A stretch of DNA of 52,175 nucleotides from a virus (taxonomy: Duplodnaviria; Caudoviricetes): the IMG/VR virus record IMGVR_UViG_3300028840_000942, positions 1 through 52,175 of that record; one strand, 5' to 3'. Below, one piece after another: positions 18,238 to 27,221 of the stretch. Under the pieces are notes generated by a model. The model ran no database searches. It was not told the DNA's origin and saw only the letters and a list, made by a program, of their open reading frames with translations. The position numbers were made by a program, and so were the translations under genes. Every line of letters starts with the position of its first letter. Positions within the stretch are counted from its first letter, which is position 1.

Positions 18238-18882
18238 ATGCTACTGAAAGATTGTCAGATATACGATTTAAAGAAGTCCACATTGGACTTGGATTTGGAG
18301 ATTGCAGAGGCGAGGAAAGCCGTACAAAAGGCGACCCAAGAGGAAACTCAAGCAGGGAACATACTCAAGGAATTGACTAAAGAGGATGCGAGTTACGCTA
18401 AACTCAAAAAGCGGGTAGATAAAGCCAGTAAGGATTTAGATTCAGCGACAACGACTCTCTCAAAGCTGGAAAGCGGGTATGACCAGAAACTCATGGACAA
18501 TAAGTTTAAGTTCATCGAGAAGGTACTGGTTGACCGCAAGGTTATTCGTGGACCGGATTATAAGCTGAAATGGGGTTCGACAATGCAGGATAAAGCGGGT
18601 TCAAGTTTTGCTTCCCGCTGGAAAGAACTGTATTCGGCAACATTAGTTACGCCGAAAGACAAGGTATGGGTGTCTGGGGCTGTCTGGACGGGCAGCGAAT
18701 TTAAGCACCGTGATGCCGTGTTAATGAAGATACCTCTTGAAGTGTACATTGAGAAACGCAGGCGGGAAACCGCTAAAAGTGATAGGCAGAAAGCCAAGTT
18801 ACGTAGCGAACTAGCTGCGGAAGCTCAGAAAGCAGGCTCACGGCTTATTACCGAGGAGGAGGTCGCTGAATTAGGTCTGTAG
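18238..18882 (+). CDS. Hypothetical head-module protein
   Basis: 214 aa; coiled coil plus DAVLMKIP motif seen in proteins upstream of capsid genes. Confidence 0.65.
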   Translation: MLLKDCQIYDLKKSTLDLDLEIAEARKAVQKATQEETQAGNILKELTKEDASYAKLKKRVDKASKDLDSATTTLSKLESGYDQKLMDNKFKFIEKVLVDRKVIRGPDYKLKWGSTMQDKAGSSFASRWKELYSATLVTPKDKVWVSGAVWTGSEFKHRDAVLMKIPLEVYIEKRRRETAKSDRQKAKLRSELAAEAQKAGSRLITEEEVAELGL

Positions 18883-18902
18883 CAGTCGAATAGAGGATAA
18901 AA

Positions 18903-19454
18903 ATGGCTGTTGTAACACCGAAATTTAAGTTCGGTTTTGTTTTACGGGATGGTCCGAATAACATCCAGCTGCTTTCCGAGGGTTCTACACAATCCTTTAA
19001 CCGGGGCGATATTGTGAAGATGTCCAGCGGTAAAGTAGTGCAGTTTACCACGCCTTCTAATTCCACAAAGACTACCACAGGTATCGAAACTGGGATTATT
19101 GGTGTGGCTGCTAGGGATGCGACAGGGACCGCAAATACCCTGATTCCGGTTTACATTATCACACCGGAACAGTTATGGGAAGTTCACGCCCAGCCAGGTA
19201 AGAAACCTTCTACGAAGGCGACTTATGACGAGGGCAAAAATGTGAAACTGGCGTACAAAGCCGTTACCACTTACACATTGAGTAATGGAACGACCACCAC
19301 AACTACAACCGTTGGTGCATGGTACGCACAGAGTACTGCTGCGACAGGCGGAGCCGGTGTGGTGATTGAAAAGTACCGCAGGGGCGACGAAGGTATTAAG
19401 GGTGGACGGATGTTAATTCGATTTACTTCACACGCTTGCGCTGGGCAGTACTAA
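18903..19454 (+). CDS. Putative capsid decoration/cement protein
   Basis: F..GDIV....G.V...IIGVA pattern; immediately upstream of the MCP. Confidence 0.6.
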   Translation: MAVVTPKFKFGFVLRDGPNNIQLLSEGSTQSFNRGDIVKMSSGKVVQFTTPSNSTKTTTGIETGIIGVAARDATGTANTLIPVYIITPEQLWEVHAQPGKKPSTKATYDEGKNVKLAYKAVTTYTLSNGTTTTTTTVGAWYAQSTAATGGAGVVIEKYRRGDEGIKGGRMLIRFTSHACAGQY

Positions 19455-19466
19455 GGAGAGGCGACA

Positions 19467-20381
19467 ATGGCACATAACATACATTGGGATACAACAACCA
19501 ATCGCGATTTCTTTAAGTCGCTTCTCTGGGACGTGTTTGATTCAACCAAACGTAAGGCGATGTATGAAGCCGAAACGATGGTTAAACACATCAAAGTGAA
19601 AGATGAGTATGAGAGGCGGGCAAGAATCGCCGGTCTGTCTGGGATGCAGCAGATAGCTGACGGTGGAAATATTCCGCTGGCAGAAACTCCTAGTCCCGAT
19701 ACTCAGGACATCAGGCAGGAACGCTACGGTCTGGGATTTGAGATTACCGCCGGTATGAAGAAATTCAACCGATACGGAATGATGAAAGACTTGACCGCAA
19801 AGCTGAGTAAGAATATGCGGGAAGAGAAAGATATTGAACTCGCTAAGATGTTCAATAACGCTACCGCTACAACTTACGCTTCGGGGTTTGATGGATTAGC
19901 GCTCGCTTCCAATAGTCATACCTGTAAGGATGACGGCGGAACAACCTATGACAACTACCTCGATGCAGCTCTGGGTGTTTCTTCATTTGAAAGTGCTGCC
20001 GTGTACTTCGACACTCTTGTTGATGATGACGGGTACGACATTGTGAAGACACCTACGCACCTGTTTGTTAATCCTAACCTTCGCTGGGAAGGACGGGAAA
20101 TACTTGGTTCAGAATTGAAACCCTACACGGGTGACAATACAACCAACGTAGCACAGGACTATGGTTTACAGTTATTCGTGTACCATAGACTTACCGCTAC
20201 AACCTCTTGGGGAATGATTGCCAAGGATGATGATTATGACATCTATGTTATGACATCAGAAGAACCCGACCTCAAGGTGCAGGACGCTCCTAATACTTCT
20301 CGGAATACCATCGTAACTAGCCAGCAATGGTTTAATTACGGATTTGGCGATCCCCGCTCGTTTTACTTAGGAGATGCGTAA
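19467..20381 (+). CDS. Major capsid protein (HK97 fold, Mu gpT-like)
   Basis: YGLGFEIT, DG.AL.S.SH, P..L.V.P.L...A/G..IL.S and G.GDPR motifs. Confidence 0.9.
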   Translation: MAHNIHWDTTTNRDFFKSLLWDVFDSTKRKAMYEAETMVKHIKVKDEYERRARIAGLSGMQQIADGGNIPLAETPSPDTQDIRQERYGLGFEITAGMKKFNRYGMMKDLTAKLSKNMREEKDIELAKMFNNATATTYASGFDGLALASNSHTCKDDGGTTYDNYLDAALGVSSFESAAVYFDTLVDDDGYDIVKTPTHLFVNPNLRWEGREILGSELKPYTGDNTTNVAQDYGLQLFVYHRLTATTSWGMIAKDDDYDIYVMTSEEPDLKVQDAPNTSRNTIVTSQQWFNYGFGDPRSFYLGDA

Positions 20382-20396
20382 TCAGGAGATATTGTT

Positions 20397-20420
20397 TCTA
20401 CTGTTCGCCAGTAGATTTAT
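20397..20420 (+). terminator. Possible weak intrinsic terminator after the MCP gene
   Basis: tctactg-ttcgc-cagtaga hairpin followed by tttat. Confidence 0.4.
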
Positions 20421-20633
20421 CCTCGATTAAGGGGACGATATTTCATCCGATTGGTGAGAAGGTCGAATGTCCTTCTTGCGAAAAGGAAGTTAGAAAAGGA
20501 CAGATACTTGTTCTGATGGAAATAGGCGGGGAACATTCTTCTAGGGATGAGTGATTTCCCGCCACAACCCCACCTCATGCTTGTCCTAGACCTGTGATGC
20601 GAGAGCGATGAGGACAGGGGGATGGAGAAATAA

Positions 20634-21593
20634 ATGACAACTTTTGGAGATATGGTTTACGAGTTTGGTGGGGCACCTATAAGTGGAAGACGGTTTTCCA
20701 ATCCGTGGGCTACCCATTATTTCGTGGACTATGATAATGGTTCGGCTAGTAATGGCGGAAAAAGACCCGATGACGCTATGCAGACTATCACACAAGCCGT
20801 TGCCTTGGCAACAGGGGGTGACGTTATTTACGTTGCACCCAGGGCTTATCAGCTTGGACAGGGTTTCAGGCGGTATCAGGAAGATGTTAGTGTCACATTG
20901 GGCGGAAGCGGTGGAAGCGGTGTTGTAGCTACAAATGCCAACATCTCTATTATCGGAATTACGCCATGTCACTATCCGCAGGATTTCTTGGGTGTTCGGT
21001 GGAAACATTCTACTGGACCGCACCTGACTGTTGATGCGCCAGCGTTGCATCTTGAGAATATTGGTTTCTTTGGCGAAGGTGCCTCGAACTATATTATCAA
21101 TTTGCGGAACAATGGTGCGACCAGAACCCAGGAAGGCACGACTGGCTTCTCAGCCTACAACTGTGCTTTCAAGGGGGATGTACCTCTCTATGGCAATGGG
21201 GCTAATGAGCTTCAGATTGTTAAGTGTCGATTCCAGGCTAAGTATGACGGAACGATGGGTGGAATTAATTTGGTTGGTTCGTCTAATCAGGTTGTTCGCC
21301 CGATTATCGCTAATTGCGATTTTATTGGTGGAAACGCTAATAACATGAGTCAGGCTGGAATCAGAGGGGCTGCTCCTTGGTACAGTGCCGTGATTCGGGA
21401 CATCTACTTCAGTGAGGAAACAGACACGGGTGAGTATATCACCATTACTGGAAGTAGCAATACTGGCGTGGTAGCCAATATTTATTGTGCTAGTGCTGAC
21501 ATTGGCACGGATTCGTTGGTTACTGGTGGTATTGAGGTTGCTGCGGCATATGACGATGCTGGACTGCAGGATAACGCAGACGGCGGGAGTTAA
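20634..21593 (+). CDS. Pectin-lyase-like right-handed beta-helix virion protein
   Basis: YFVD...G...N.G..P..A.QTI..AV.....GDVIYV.P..Y N-terminus; beta-helix repeats. Confidence 0.75.
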   Translation: MTTFGDMVYEFGGAPISGRRFSNPWATHYFVDYDNGSASNGGKRPDDAMQTITQAVALATGGDVIYVAPRAYQLGQGFRRYQEDVSVTLGGSGGSGVVATNANISIIGITPCHYPQDFLGVRWKHSTGPHLTVDAPALHLENIGFFGEGASNYIINLRNNGATRTQEGTTGFSAYNCAFKGDVPLYGNGANELQIVKCRFQAKYDGTMGGINLVGSSNQVVRPIIANCDFIGGNANNMSQAGIRGAAPWYSAVIRDIYFSEETDTGEYITITGSSNTGVVANIYCASADIGTDSLVTGGIEVAAAYDDAGLQDNADGGS

Positions 21594-21613
21594 GTAGCAT
21601 AGAGTTTATGGAT

Positions 21614-21640
21614 GGGGCGGGGCAACCCGCCCTATTCTTC
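21614..21640 (+). terminator. Intrinsic terminator-like hairpin
   Basis: gggcggg-gcaa-cccgccc followed by tattctt. Confidence 0.65.
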
Positions 21641-21652
21641 ATGGAGGTCGCA

Positions 21653-21862
21653 ATGCACATTATCATTAAAGGTGGGGACCACGACAGAAAAATATTTGGT
21701 AAGACTCGTGCGGAACAGGAAGAGAATTGGAGAAAGGAAGGATTCCGCAGTATGACAGATGAGCAGTTGGATAAGCTGAAATTTGCCGAAAAAAAAATAT
21801 GCGACAAAACGGGAAAGAATGCTGGCTTCCTTCGAGGTCAGGACATAGATAAAGTGAAATAA
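21653..21862 (+). CDS. Hypothetical protein
   Basis: GGAGG RBS, ATG 21653. Confidence 0.6.
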   Translation: MHIIIKGGDHDRKIFGKTRAEQEENWRKEGFRSMTDEQLDKLKFAEKKICDKTGKNAGFLRGQDIDKVK

Positions 21863-22215
21863 TGGCATACAAGATAGCTTATCATAATGCAGTAGCTAAT
21901 CTTTTGACGGGGGTAGGTGTACAGGCTACCGTAACGGTTTATGATGCCAACACAGAGGATTTGAGTACACTCTATCAAAACACAGGGGGTGCTACTGCCT
22001 CCAATCCAATCTCCACTGATCCTTATGGTAGGTTTGTCTTCTACGCTGACCCAGGTTTGTATGATTTGGAAATATCGGGGGAAGGTATAACTACATACAC
22101 CCTAGAAGATGTAAGTATTATGCCTGTTTCCTCACCGCCCGATGGCACATATCGGGTAACGAATTTATTTGTTCGACCACAAGGCACAAAGCTAGAGGTC
22201 GAGTACGAGACTTAA
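21862..22215 (+). CDS. Tailspike head-binding-like domain protein
   Basis: VTVY...LY.....NP..TD..G.F.FYA..G.YD motif. Confidence 0.65.
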   Translation: MAYKIAYHNAVANLLTGVGVQATVTVYDANTEDLSTLYQNTGGATASNPISTDPYGRFVFYADPGLYDLEISGEGITTYTLEDVSIMPVSSPPDGTYRVTNLFVRPQGTKLEVEYET

Positions 22216-22227
22216 TAGGAGAGCCAT

Positions 22228-22605
22228 ATGGCGATTCAATCAATGCAATTAGATCCCAATGCACAAGCATATACGGATGATGAGATTGTCGGGAAAGTCA
22301 ATGCAGCTTCAGCGAATATTACGAGAGCAGGCTGTATTGAAGGGACCGCTGCTTCGGCATTAGATACTGACGATATTAGTGAGGGTTCCAGTAACCTTTA
22401 TGATACTGGCGCACCCCCGACTGATAATGAAGTAGTGACGGCAATTAACAATGCCTCCAACGCTATTACTAGGGAAGCGGCACTCAGTCAGGACGACTTA
22501 AACATCGTTAAGACTAATCCTTCTGCTGGTGAATACTATGTGAAGAATATCCATAGAGATTCAACTGGTAAGTTGGATATTGAGTATGATGACGTTTCGG
22601 CGTAA
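22228..22605 (+). CDS. Fibre-like virion protein with internal repeat
   Basis: TDDISEGSSNLY motif; duplicated TD.E.V..(V/I)N.AS..ITR. Confidence 0.6.
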   Translation: MAIQSMQLDPNAQAYTDDEIVGKVNAASANITRAGCIEGTAASALDTDDISEGSSNLYDTGAPPTDNEVVTAINNASNAITREAALSQDDLNIVKTNPSAGEYYVKNIHRDSTGKLDIEYDDVSA

Positions 22606-22937
22606 TGGCAATAACGTCTGAACAGATTGCTCATTCTGAGCTAGTGGGGGGTAGTACTACTACCCTCCATAGCCATTCAGGTGGGGGGAGTGTTGACTAC
22701 AAGGCTGGTTCCACTACCACGAATTCAAGTGGGGTGGCTACTGTGACGTTTACTACGGCATTTTCAGATGCCAATTATGCGATTTTGTTGACCCCTCAGA
22801 ACCCATCTGATGCTGTGATGGCATCATACGACAGTAAGGCGACTACGGGGTTTGGTATTCAAACACATGAGGACAAGGGACAGACGCAGGGAAGTGTCAC
22901 GGTGGATTGGTTAGCAATAGGATATAGCGACCCGTAA
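22605..22937 (+). CDS. Fibre tip (gp53-like/H-type lectin-like) domain protein
   Basis: TVTFTTAFSDANY...TTGF...VDWLAIG. Confidence 0.7.
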   Translation: MAITSEQIAHSELVGGSTTTLHSHSGGGSVDYKAGSTTTNSSGVATVTFTTAFSDANYAILLTPQNPSDAVMASYDSKATTGFGIQTHEDKGQTQGSVTVDWLAIGYSDP

Positions 22938-23203
22938 TGTCTATTATTGTTGGATTAGTTCATAAGATTTACGTACTTGTCCGCCATGTGGCACAGGATG
23001 CCAACTTGCCCTTGGCGATTAGCAGTATCGTAGATTTCGGGCTAAATCTATCCACTTCAGTAAGTAAGTCATTATCTCTTCGGACGGAGAAGGATTTTAA
23101 TGTGTCCTGTAGCACGGAAGTAAATAAGGCATTATCGTGCTCAACGACAGTCAGTTTTAACCTTGAGGTCTGTCAGGGGCAATCATTCAATTTAGAGGCT
23201 TAA
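22937..23203 (+). CDS. Hypothetical virion-associated protein
   Basis: Translationally coupled ORF with ~10-aa periodic repeats. Confidence 0.55.
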   Translation: MSIIVGLVHKIYVLVRHVAQDANLPLAISSIVDFGLNLSTSVSKSLSLRTEKDFNVSCSTEVNKALSCSTTVSFNLEVCQGQSFNLEA

Positions 23204-23204
23204 C

Positions 23205-23519
23205 ATGGCAGAACCGATTCATATAGATGATACAGGCACGGGACTCATTTTTACCGTTAGTGCAAATGAGGAAGTGATGGACTTGTCGGCGGCAACAACC
23301 AAGGAAATCATCTTTGATAAGCCAAAGACAAACAATGTAATTACTAAGCCTGCGGTGTTTGTGACTGATGGTACGGATGGGAAAGTCAAGTATGTATCTG
23401 AATCAGACTTTTTTGACATAAGGGGGAAGTGGAAGGCTCAAGGGCATTTCGTGTTCCCTACAGGAGAATGGCATACCAGTATTGTTGAATTTGAGGTAGC
23501 ACATAATTTATCGGAGTAA
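23205..23519 (+). CDS. BppU N-terminal-like Ig-fold protein
   Basis: DLS.AT..I...KP......TDG.DG...Y....D....G.W..Q motif. Confidence 0.7.
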   Translation: MAEPIHIDDTGTGLIFTVSANEEVMDLSAATTKEIIFDKPKTNNVITKPAVFVTDGTDGKVKYVSESDFFDIRGKWKAQGHFVFPTGEWHTSIVEFEVAHNLSE

Positions 23520-23521
23520 GA

Positions 23522-23896
23522 ATGGCAGTATGGACGGAAACTGAAGATACGTATTCAGGGCTAGAGGCAAACTTTAGTCCAACCTGTTTTTTCCACCCTG
23601 ATACAGAGATGTACTTGTGGGACATCAAGCACCTGAATTTCAAGATGCACGAAGACCAGGAAGATGAACCGTGGAGTTTCGCTACAGACGTAGTGGTACA
23701 TTGCCCGCTTTGTGAGTACGAGGACATTTACGGCGTGGCAATAAGTCCAGAGCATCACGACAGGATGTGGAAAAAGAACGAATGGATGATGTTTGAGAAC
23801 ATGGTAGCACGGGAATGGAAGAGAAGACCGTGGCTCGTAGTGAGGGGATTTTTTACATGGCTGATACGAAGAATCAAGATGAAGCAACCAAGTTGA
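23522..23896 (+). CDS. Zn-binding hypothetical protein (paralog A)
   Basis: W..T...G....F...C..H...M...HCPLC...GV. Confidence 0.65.
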   Translation: MAVWTETEDTYSGLEANFSPTCFFHPDTEMYLWDIKHLNFKMHEDQEDEPWSFATDVVVHCPLCEYEDIYGVAISPEHHDRMWKKNEWMMFENMVAREWKRRPWLVVRGFFTWLIRRIKMKQPS

Positions 23897-24327
23897 CACC
23901 CGCTTGGGAACGCACCAACGATATTCAGGGACATAAGCCCAAATTTAATGTGATTTGCGGTAGGTGCAAGCAATCGTTAGGCACAGAAACAAAAATGCAA
24001 ATTAGGCATTCGGTACTCAGGTTGAGTGTGAATGCACAGAAAGAGATTATGTTCAAGGAACACCCACCGAAAGAACCGTGGGAACCTGATAAGGAAACAT
24101 TCGACCCTGAAATTAATCTCAATATTATGTCTTACAAATGCCCGCATTGTGCATGGTTCATCAGGTTCTATGTGCAGGATTCGCGGGAGTACATTCAGGA
24201 ATTATTCAAAAAACGCCAGTACAGTATCAAGTATATCCCGTTATGGGAAACCGATGAGATGAGTGAAGAAGAACTCAAGGAGGTTGAACGTCAATTAGTT
24301 GCGTATGGCTACTGGGCTGGTAGATAA
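23857..24327 (+). CDS. Zn-binding hypothetical protein (paralog B)
   Basis: W..T...G..PKF...CGRC...M...KCPHC; GAGGGG RBS before ATG 23857. Confidence 0.65.
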   Translation: MADTKNQDEATKLTPAWERTNDIQGHKPKFNVICGRCKQSLGTETKMQIRHSVLRLSVNAQKEIMFKEHPPKEPWEPDKETFDPEINLNIMSYKCPHCAWFIRFYVQDSREYIQELFKKRQYSIKYIPLWETDEMSEEELKEVERQLVAYGYWAGR

Positions 24328-24348
24328 GGAAGAGAAGAGGAGAGAAGA

Positions 24349-24690
24349 ATGGCAAATGACGCACTGGTTCAAGGGGGAAAGCTGCCGATAAGAACATATG
24401 AACAATTTAAAGAAATAGATCAGAAGGTTACTCAGGTTGGTACTACAGCAGGGGCAGTACCCGCAACGGCGATGACGAACCGCAAGGGGATATTTGTTTT
24501 TAATGCGGAGTCATCTGGCACATATGTTTATTTAGGGAATTCTGATGTTACCGCTAATGAAACGGCGGGTACAGGCGGATTCAAACTTGACGGTGGAAGC
24601 ACTATGTTTCTGACGCTAGATGGCAGTTGTACGCTTTATGGAAGGGCGGCATCAGGAACAGTCACGGTCCACACATTAGAGGTGAAGTAA
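24349..24690 (+). CDS. Small beta-sandwich virion protein
   Basis: NRK....FN....VYLG...V.....GF.L..G pattern. Confidence 0.6.
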   Translation: MANDALVQGGKLPIRTYEQFKEIDQKVTQVGTTAGAVPATAMTNRKGIFVFNAESSGTYVYLGNSDVTANETAGTGGFKLDGGSTMFLTLDGSCTLYGRAASGTVTVHTLEVK

Positions 24691-24691
24691 G

Positions 24692-25081
24692 ATGGGCGGC
24701 TACGTTAGTAGCGCAAGTGGCACTTCATCGGGAGCAGGCAATACGATAACTGTTACCGCCAAAACGGATGACTATACGGTGACTACGGCTGATATGGAGA
24801 TTGATAAAGCATTGTCTATGAACTCGGCTAGTGACAAGACTTTTACATTGCCCTCAGTTGGGGCTTCTGATGTTGGCATTTCTTGTACATTTATTAAGTT
24901 GGGTGCAGGCAAAGTTACTATTGATGCCTCAGATTCGGATACCATCCATGATGGTTCGGCGGGTGGCACAGTGTATAACGACCAAGCTGGGGAAACATAT
25001 GCAACCATTACCCTCATGCTTACAGGAACAACTCAATGGAGTATTATCAATTCCAGTGGACTTGGATGGGTCACGACATAG
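24692..25081 (+). CDS. Tail fibre domain protein
   Basis: KT.DYT.T..D...TFTLP.......G......K...G.VTI pattern. Confidence 0.65.
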   Translation: MGGYVSSASGTSSGAGNTITVTAKTDDYTVTTADMEIDKALSMNSASDKTFTLPSVGASDVGISCTFIKLGAGKVTIDASDSDTIHDGSAGGTVYNDQAGETYATITLMLTGTTQWSIINSSGLGWVTT

Positions 25082-25090
25082 GGGTATGAG

Positions 25091-25990
25091 ATGAAAAAGA
25101 TATTTCAAATAGGAATTTTAGTAGCGGGGCTATCTGTCTTTGTTTGGGGGCAAAATGCTCTCATGCGTATTATCGGATTCGATACAGATGACAGTAACTA
25201 CATTGAGATTGTCTGGAATGAGGATGACAGTTCTAACCGAGTGCTGAATATCAAGGTCAACTCCGGTAATAGAACCTTGGATATGAACGAAGGTCTAACC
25301 ATTGGTGATGGCAACGATGGGACTCTGACTTACTCGGCGGCATCTAAGACATTAACGGTTGAGGATAATGCTACAGTTAGTCAGGACTACAGTTCTGATG
25401 CTACGCCGACTTTTGCGGGGATAACCCTTGATAGTGGGTCTGGTGGCGACTTGAGGATTCATGACTCTGACCAGAGTAATTATACATCTATCACACAGGC
25501 TGCTATTGCTGGCAATCTGTCACTTGTTTTGCCTGCAACAGATGGTAATTCTGGAGATGTGTTTACCACGAATGGGAGTGGAACTACGTCATGGGCAGAT
25601 CCCGACACATTGGTGTACAAGAATGTCATTCTCAAGGTGATGGCAGAGGATACCGTTGTGACCTCTGGTGACGGGAAAATGTACTTCACTGTTCCTGCTG
25701 AATTAGCTGGATTCGATGTAGTGTCTGTTGAGTGTCATGTTTATACGGTAGATGCAGCCAATGATGTTGAAGTAGATATTTACAATCTGACCCAAACGGC
25801 TGACGTAATGTCGGATGCTCAGAATATCCAAGCTAATGAGAATGATAGCCTGACCTCAGATGACAGGGGAACGATAGATACGAGTGAAGATGATTTAACA
25901 TCCGGTGATGTATTAAGGGTAGATGTGAGCCTGTATGCAGGTTCGGCTGCGAAAGGATTAGAGGTTCGATTAGGGTTACTGAAACCGTAA
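25091..25990 (+). CDS. Fibre-like protein with N-terminal signal peptide
   Basis: MKKIFQIGILVAGLSVFVWG-Q; LPATDGNSGDV.TTNGSGT.SW fibre motif; C-terminal GD.LRVD...AKGL.V. Confidence 0.7.
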   Translation: MKKIFQIGILVAGLSVFVWGQNALMRIIGFDTDDSNYIEIVWNEDDSSNRVLNIKVNSGNRTLDMNEGLTIGDGNDGTLTYSAASKTLTVEDNATVSQDYSSDATPTFAGITLDSGSGGDLRIHDSDQSNYTSITQAAIAGNLSLVLPATDGNSGDVFTTNGSGTTSWADPDTLVYKNVILKVMAEDTVVTSGDGKMYFTVPAELAGFDVVSVECHVYTVDAANDVEVDIYNLTQTADVMSDAQNIQANENDSLTSDDRGTIDTSEDDLTSGDVLRVDVSLYAGSAAKGLEVRLGLLKP

Positions 25991-26000
25991 GGAGTAGAAG

Positions 26001-27221
26001 ATGCTGACGAAGTGGTACGGAAAGCAGGGCTTACTGTGGTGCATGTTGTTCAATGCGTGGTTGGTGTGGGGAATCTGTTTTATGTTGGTTCATCCCGTGT
26101 ATGCGGCATGGAAAAGTGGATATGGTTACCGGAAACAGTTTACGATTCAGGGAGATAACCTTGCCTCGAATGTAACTCAGTTTCCGTTGTTGGTGGATAT
26201 ATCCGATGGCGATATAGATGACCACTGTGATGATGATGGCACGGGGTCATGGGATATTATGTTTACCCAGTCGGATGGTACGACTGACCTTGATATTGAT
26301 TGGATAGATTATTCGGAATCGGGGGGTAACGCCTTAATTACCTGTTATGTTTCTCAGGCAAGTTGGGAGATTAGTTCAGACGGTTCGACTACGGGGTATC
26401 TCTACTATGGGAATGCTTCCGCAGGCGACCCTAATACAGCCAATGGAGTCTGGGATTCCAACTATATCGCTGTTTGGCATATGGATGAGGCGAGTGGAAC
26501 AATCTATGATTCTGCTGATGCGACAACTAGCCATGATTCTACCGTAAACACTATCACAGCCTATCAGCAAACAGGCAAAATTCATTGGTGTGTCGATATG
26601 GACGGAACAGATGACGAGATAAACTTCGCTGACCATGCCGAGTTCACGGTAACGGATGTCACGGTTGAGGGATGGGTGTATATAGATACATGGCAAGATA
26701 ACGAGGACTTTTTCAGTTGGTTTGATGACACTTCAGATGATGGGTTCAGATGGTTTGGAGTTGATGCTGCAAGTCCTGGCGAGATGAGGGTCTATGGAGA
26801 GGTTGCTGATAATTTAACGATTACCAATTCTGATACAGATGACTTGGTAACCGCAACTTGGACTCATTATGCGATGGTGCGGGACAGTGGAACATTTTAT
26901 ATGTACACCAACGGGGCAGTTGGTTCTGATTCTGATTCCAATGCTGGGGAGATTGATTCTTCGGATGTGATTACTATCGGTTCTGGGTATGACAACATTG
27001 ATTGGGCAGATGCCAAGTTTGAAGAATGGCGGTATTCCAATGCCGTGAGAAGTGCTGATTGGTTAGCGTTCCAATATGCCAATGTGAATGAAGCTGATGG
27101 TGAGCTTACATGGGGAGATGAAGAGTCTGGTTTTACCCCGAAAGTTATTATCATTGGCTATGTAGGTCAGGGTATATCTGGGTTTTTCCTTGTCCTCTTC
27201 AGGCGTAGAAAGAAAAAGTGA
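26001..27221 (+). CDS. DUF2341 + LamG/concanavalin-like lectin protein with signal peptide and C-terminal hydrophobic/basic tail
   Basis: W...Y.YRK..TI, FP.LV, DI.FT..DG.T.L, YLYYGN, VWHMDE; N-terminal ...PVYA-A; C-terminal VIIIGYVGQGISGFFLVLFRRRKKK. Confidence 0.8.
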   Translation: MLTKWYGKQGLLWCMLFNAWLVWGICFMLVHPVYAAWKSGYGYRKQFTIQGDNLASNVTQFPLLVDISDGDIDDHCDDDGTGSWDIMFTQSDGTTDLDIDWIDYSESGGNALITCYVSQASWEISSDGSTTGYLYYGNASAGDPNTANGVWDSNYIAVWHMDEASGTIYDSADATTSHDSTVNTITAYQQTGKIHWCVDMDGTDDEINFADHAEFTVTDVTVEGWVYIDTWQDNEDFFSWFDDTSDDGFRWFGVDAASPGEMRVYGEVADNLTITNSDTDDLVTATWTHYAMVRDSGTFYMYTNGAVGSDSDSNAGEIDSSDVITIGSGYDNIDWADAKFEEWRYSNAVRSADWLAFQYANVNEADGELTWGDEESGFTPKVIIIGYVGQGISGFFLVLFRRRKKK

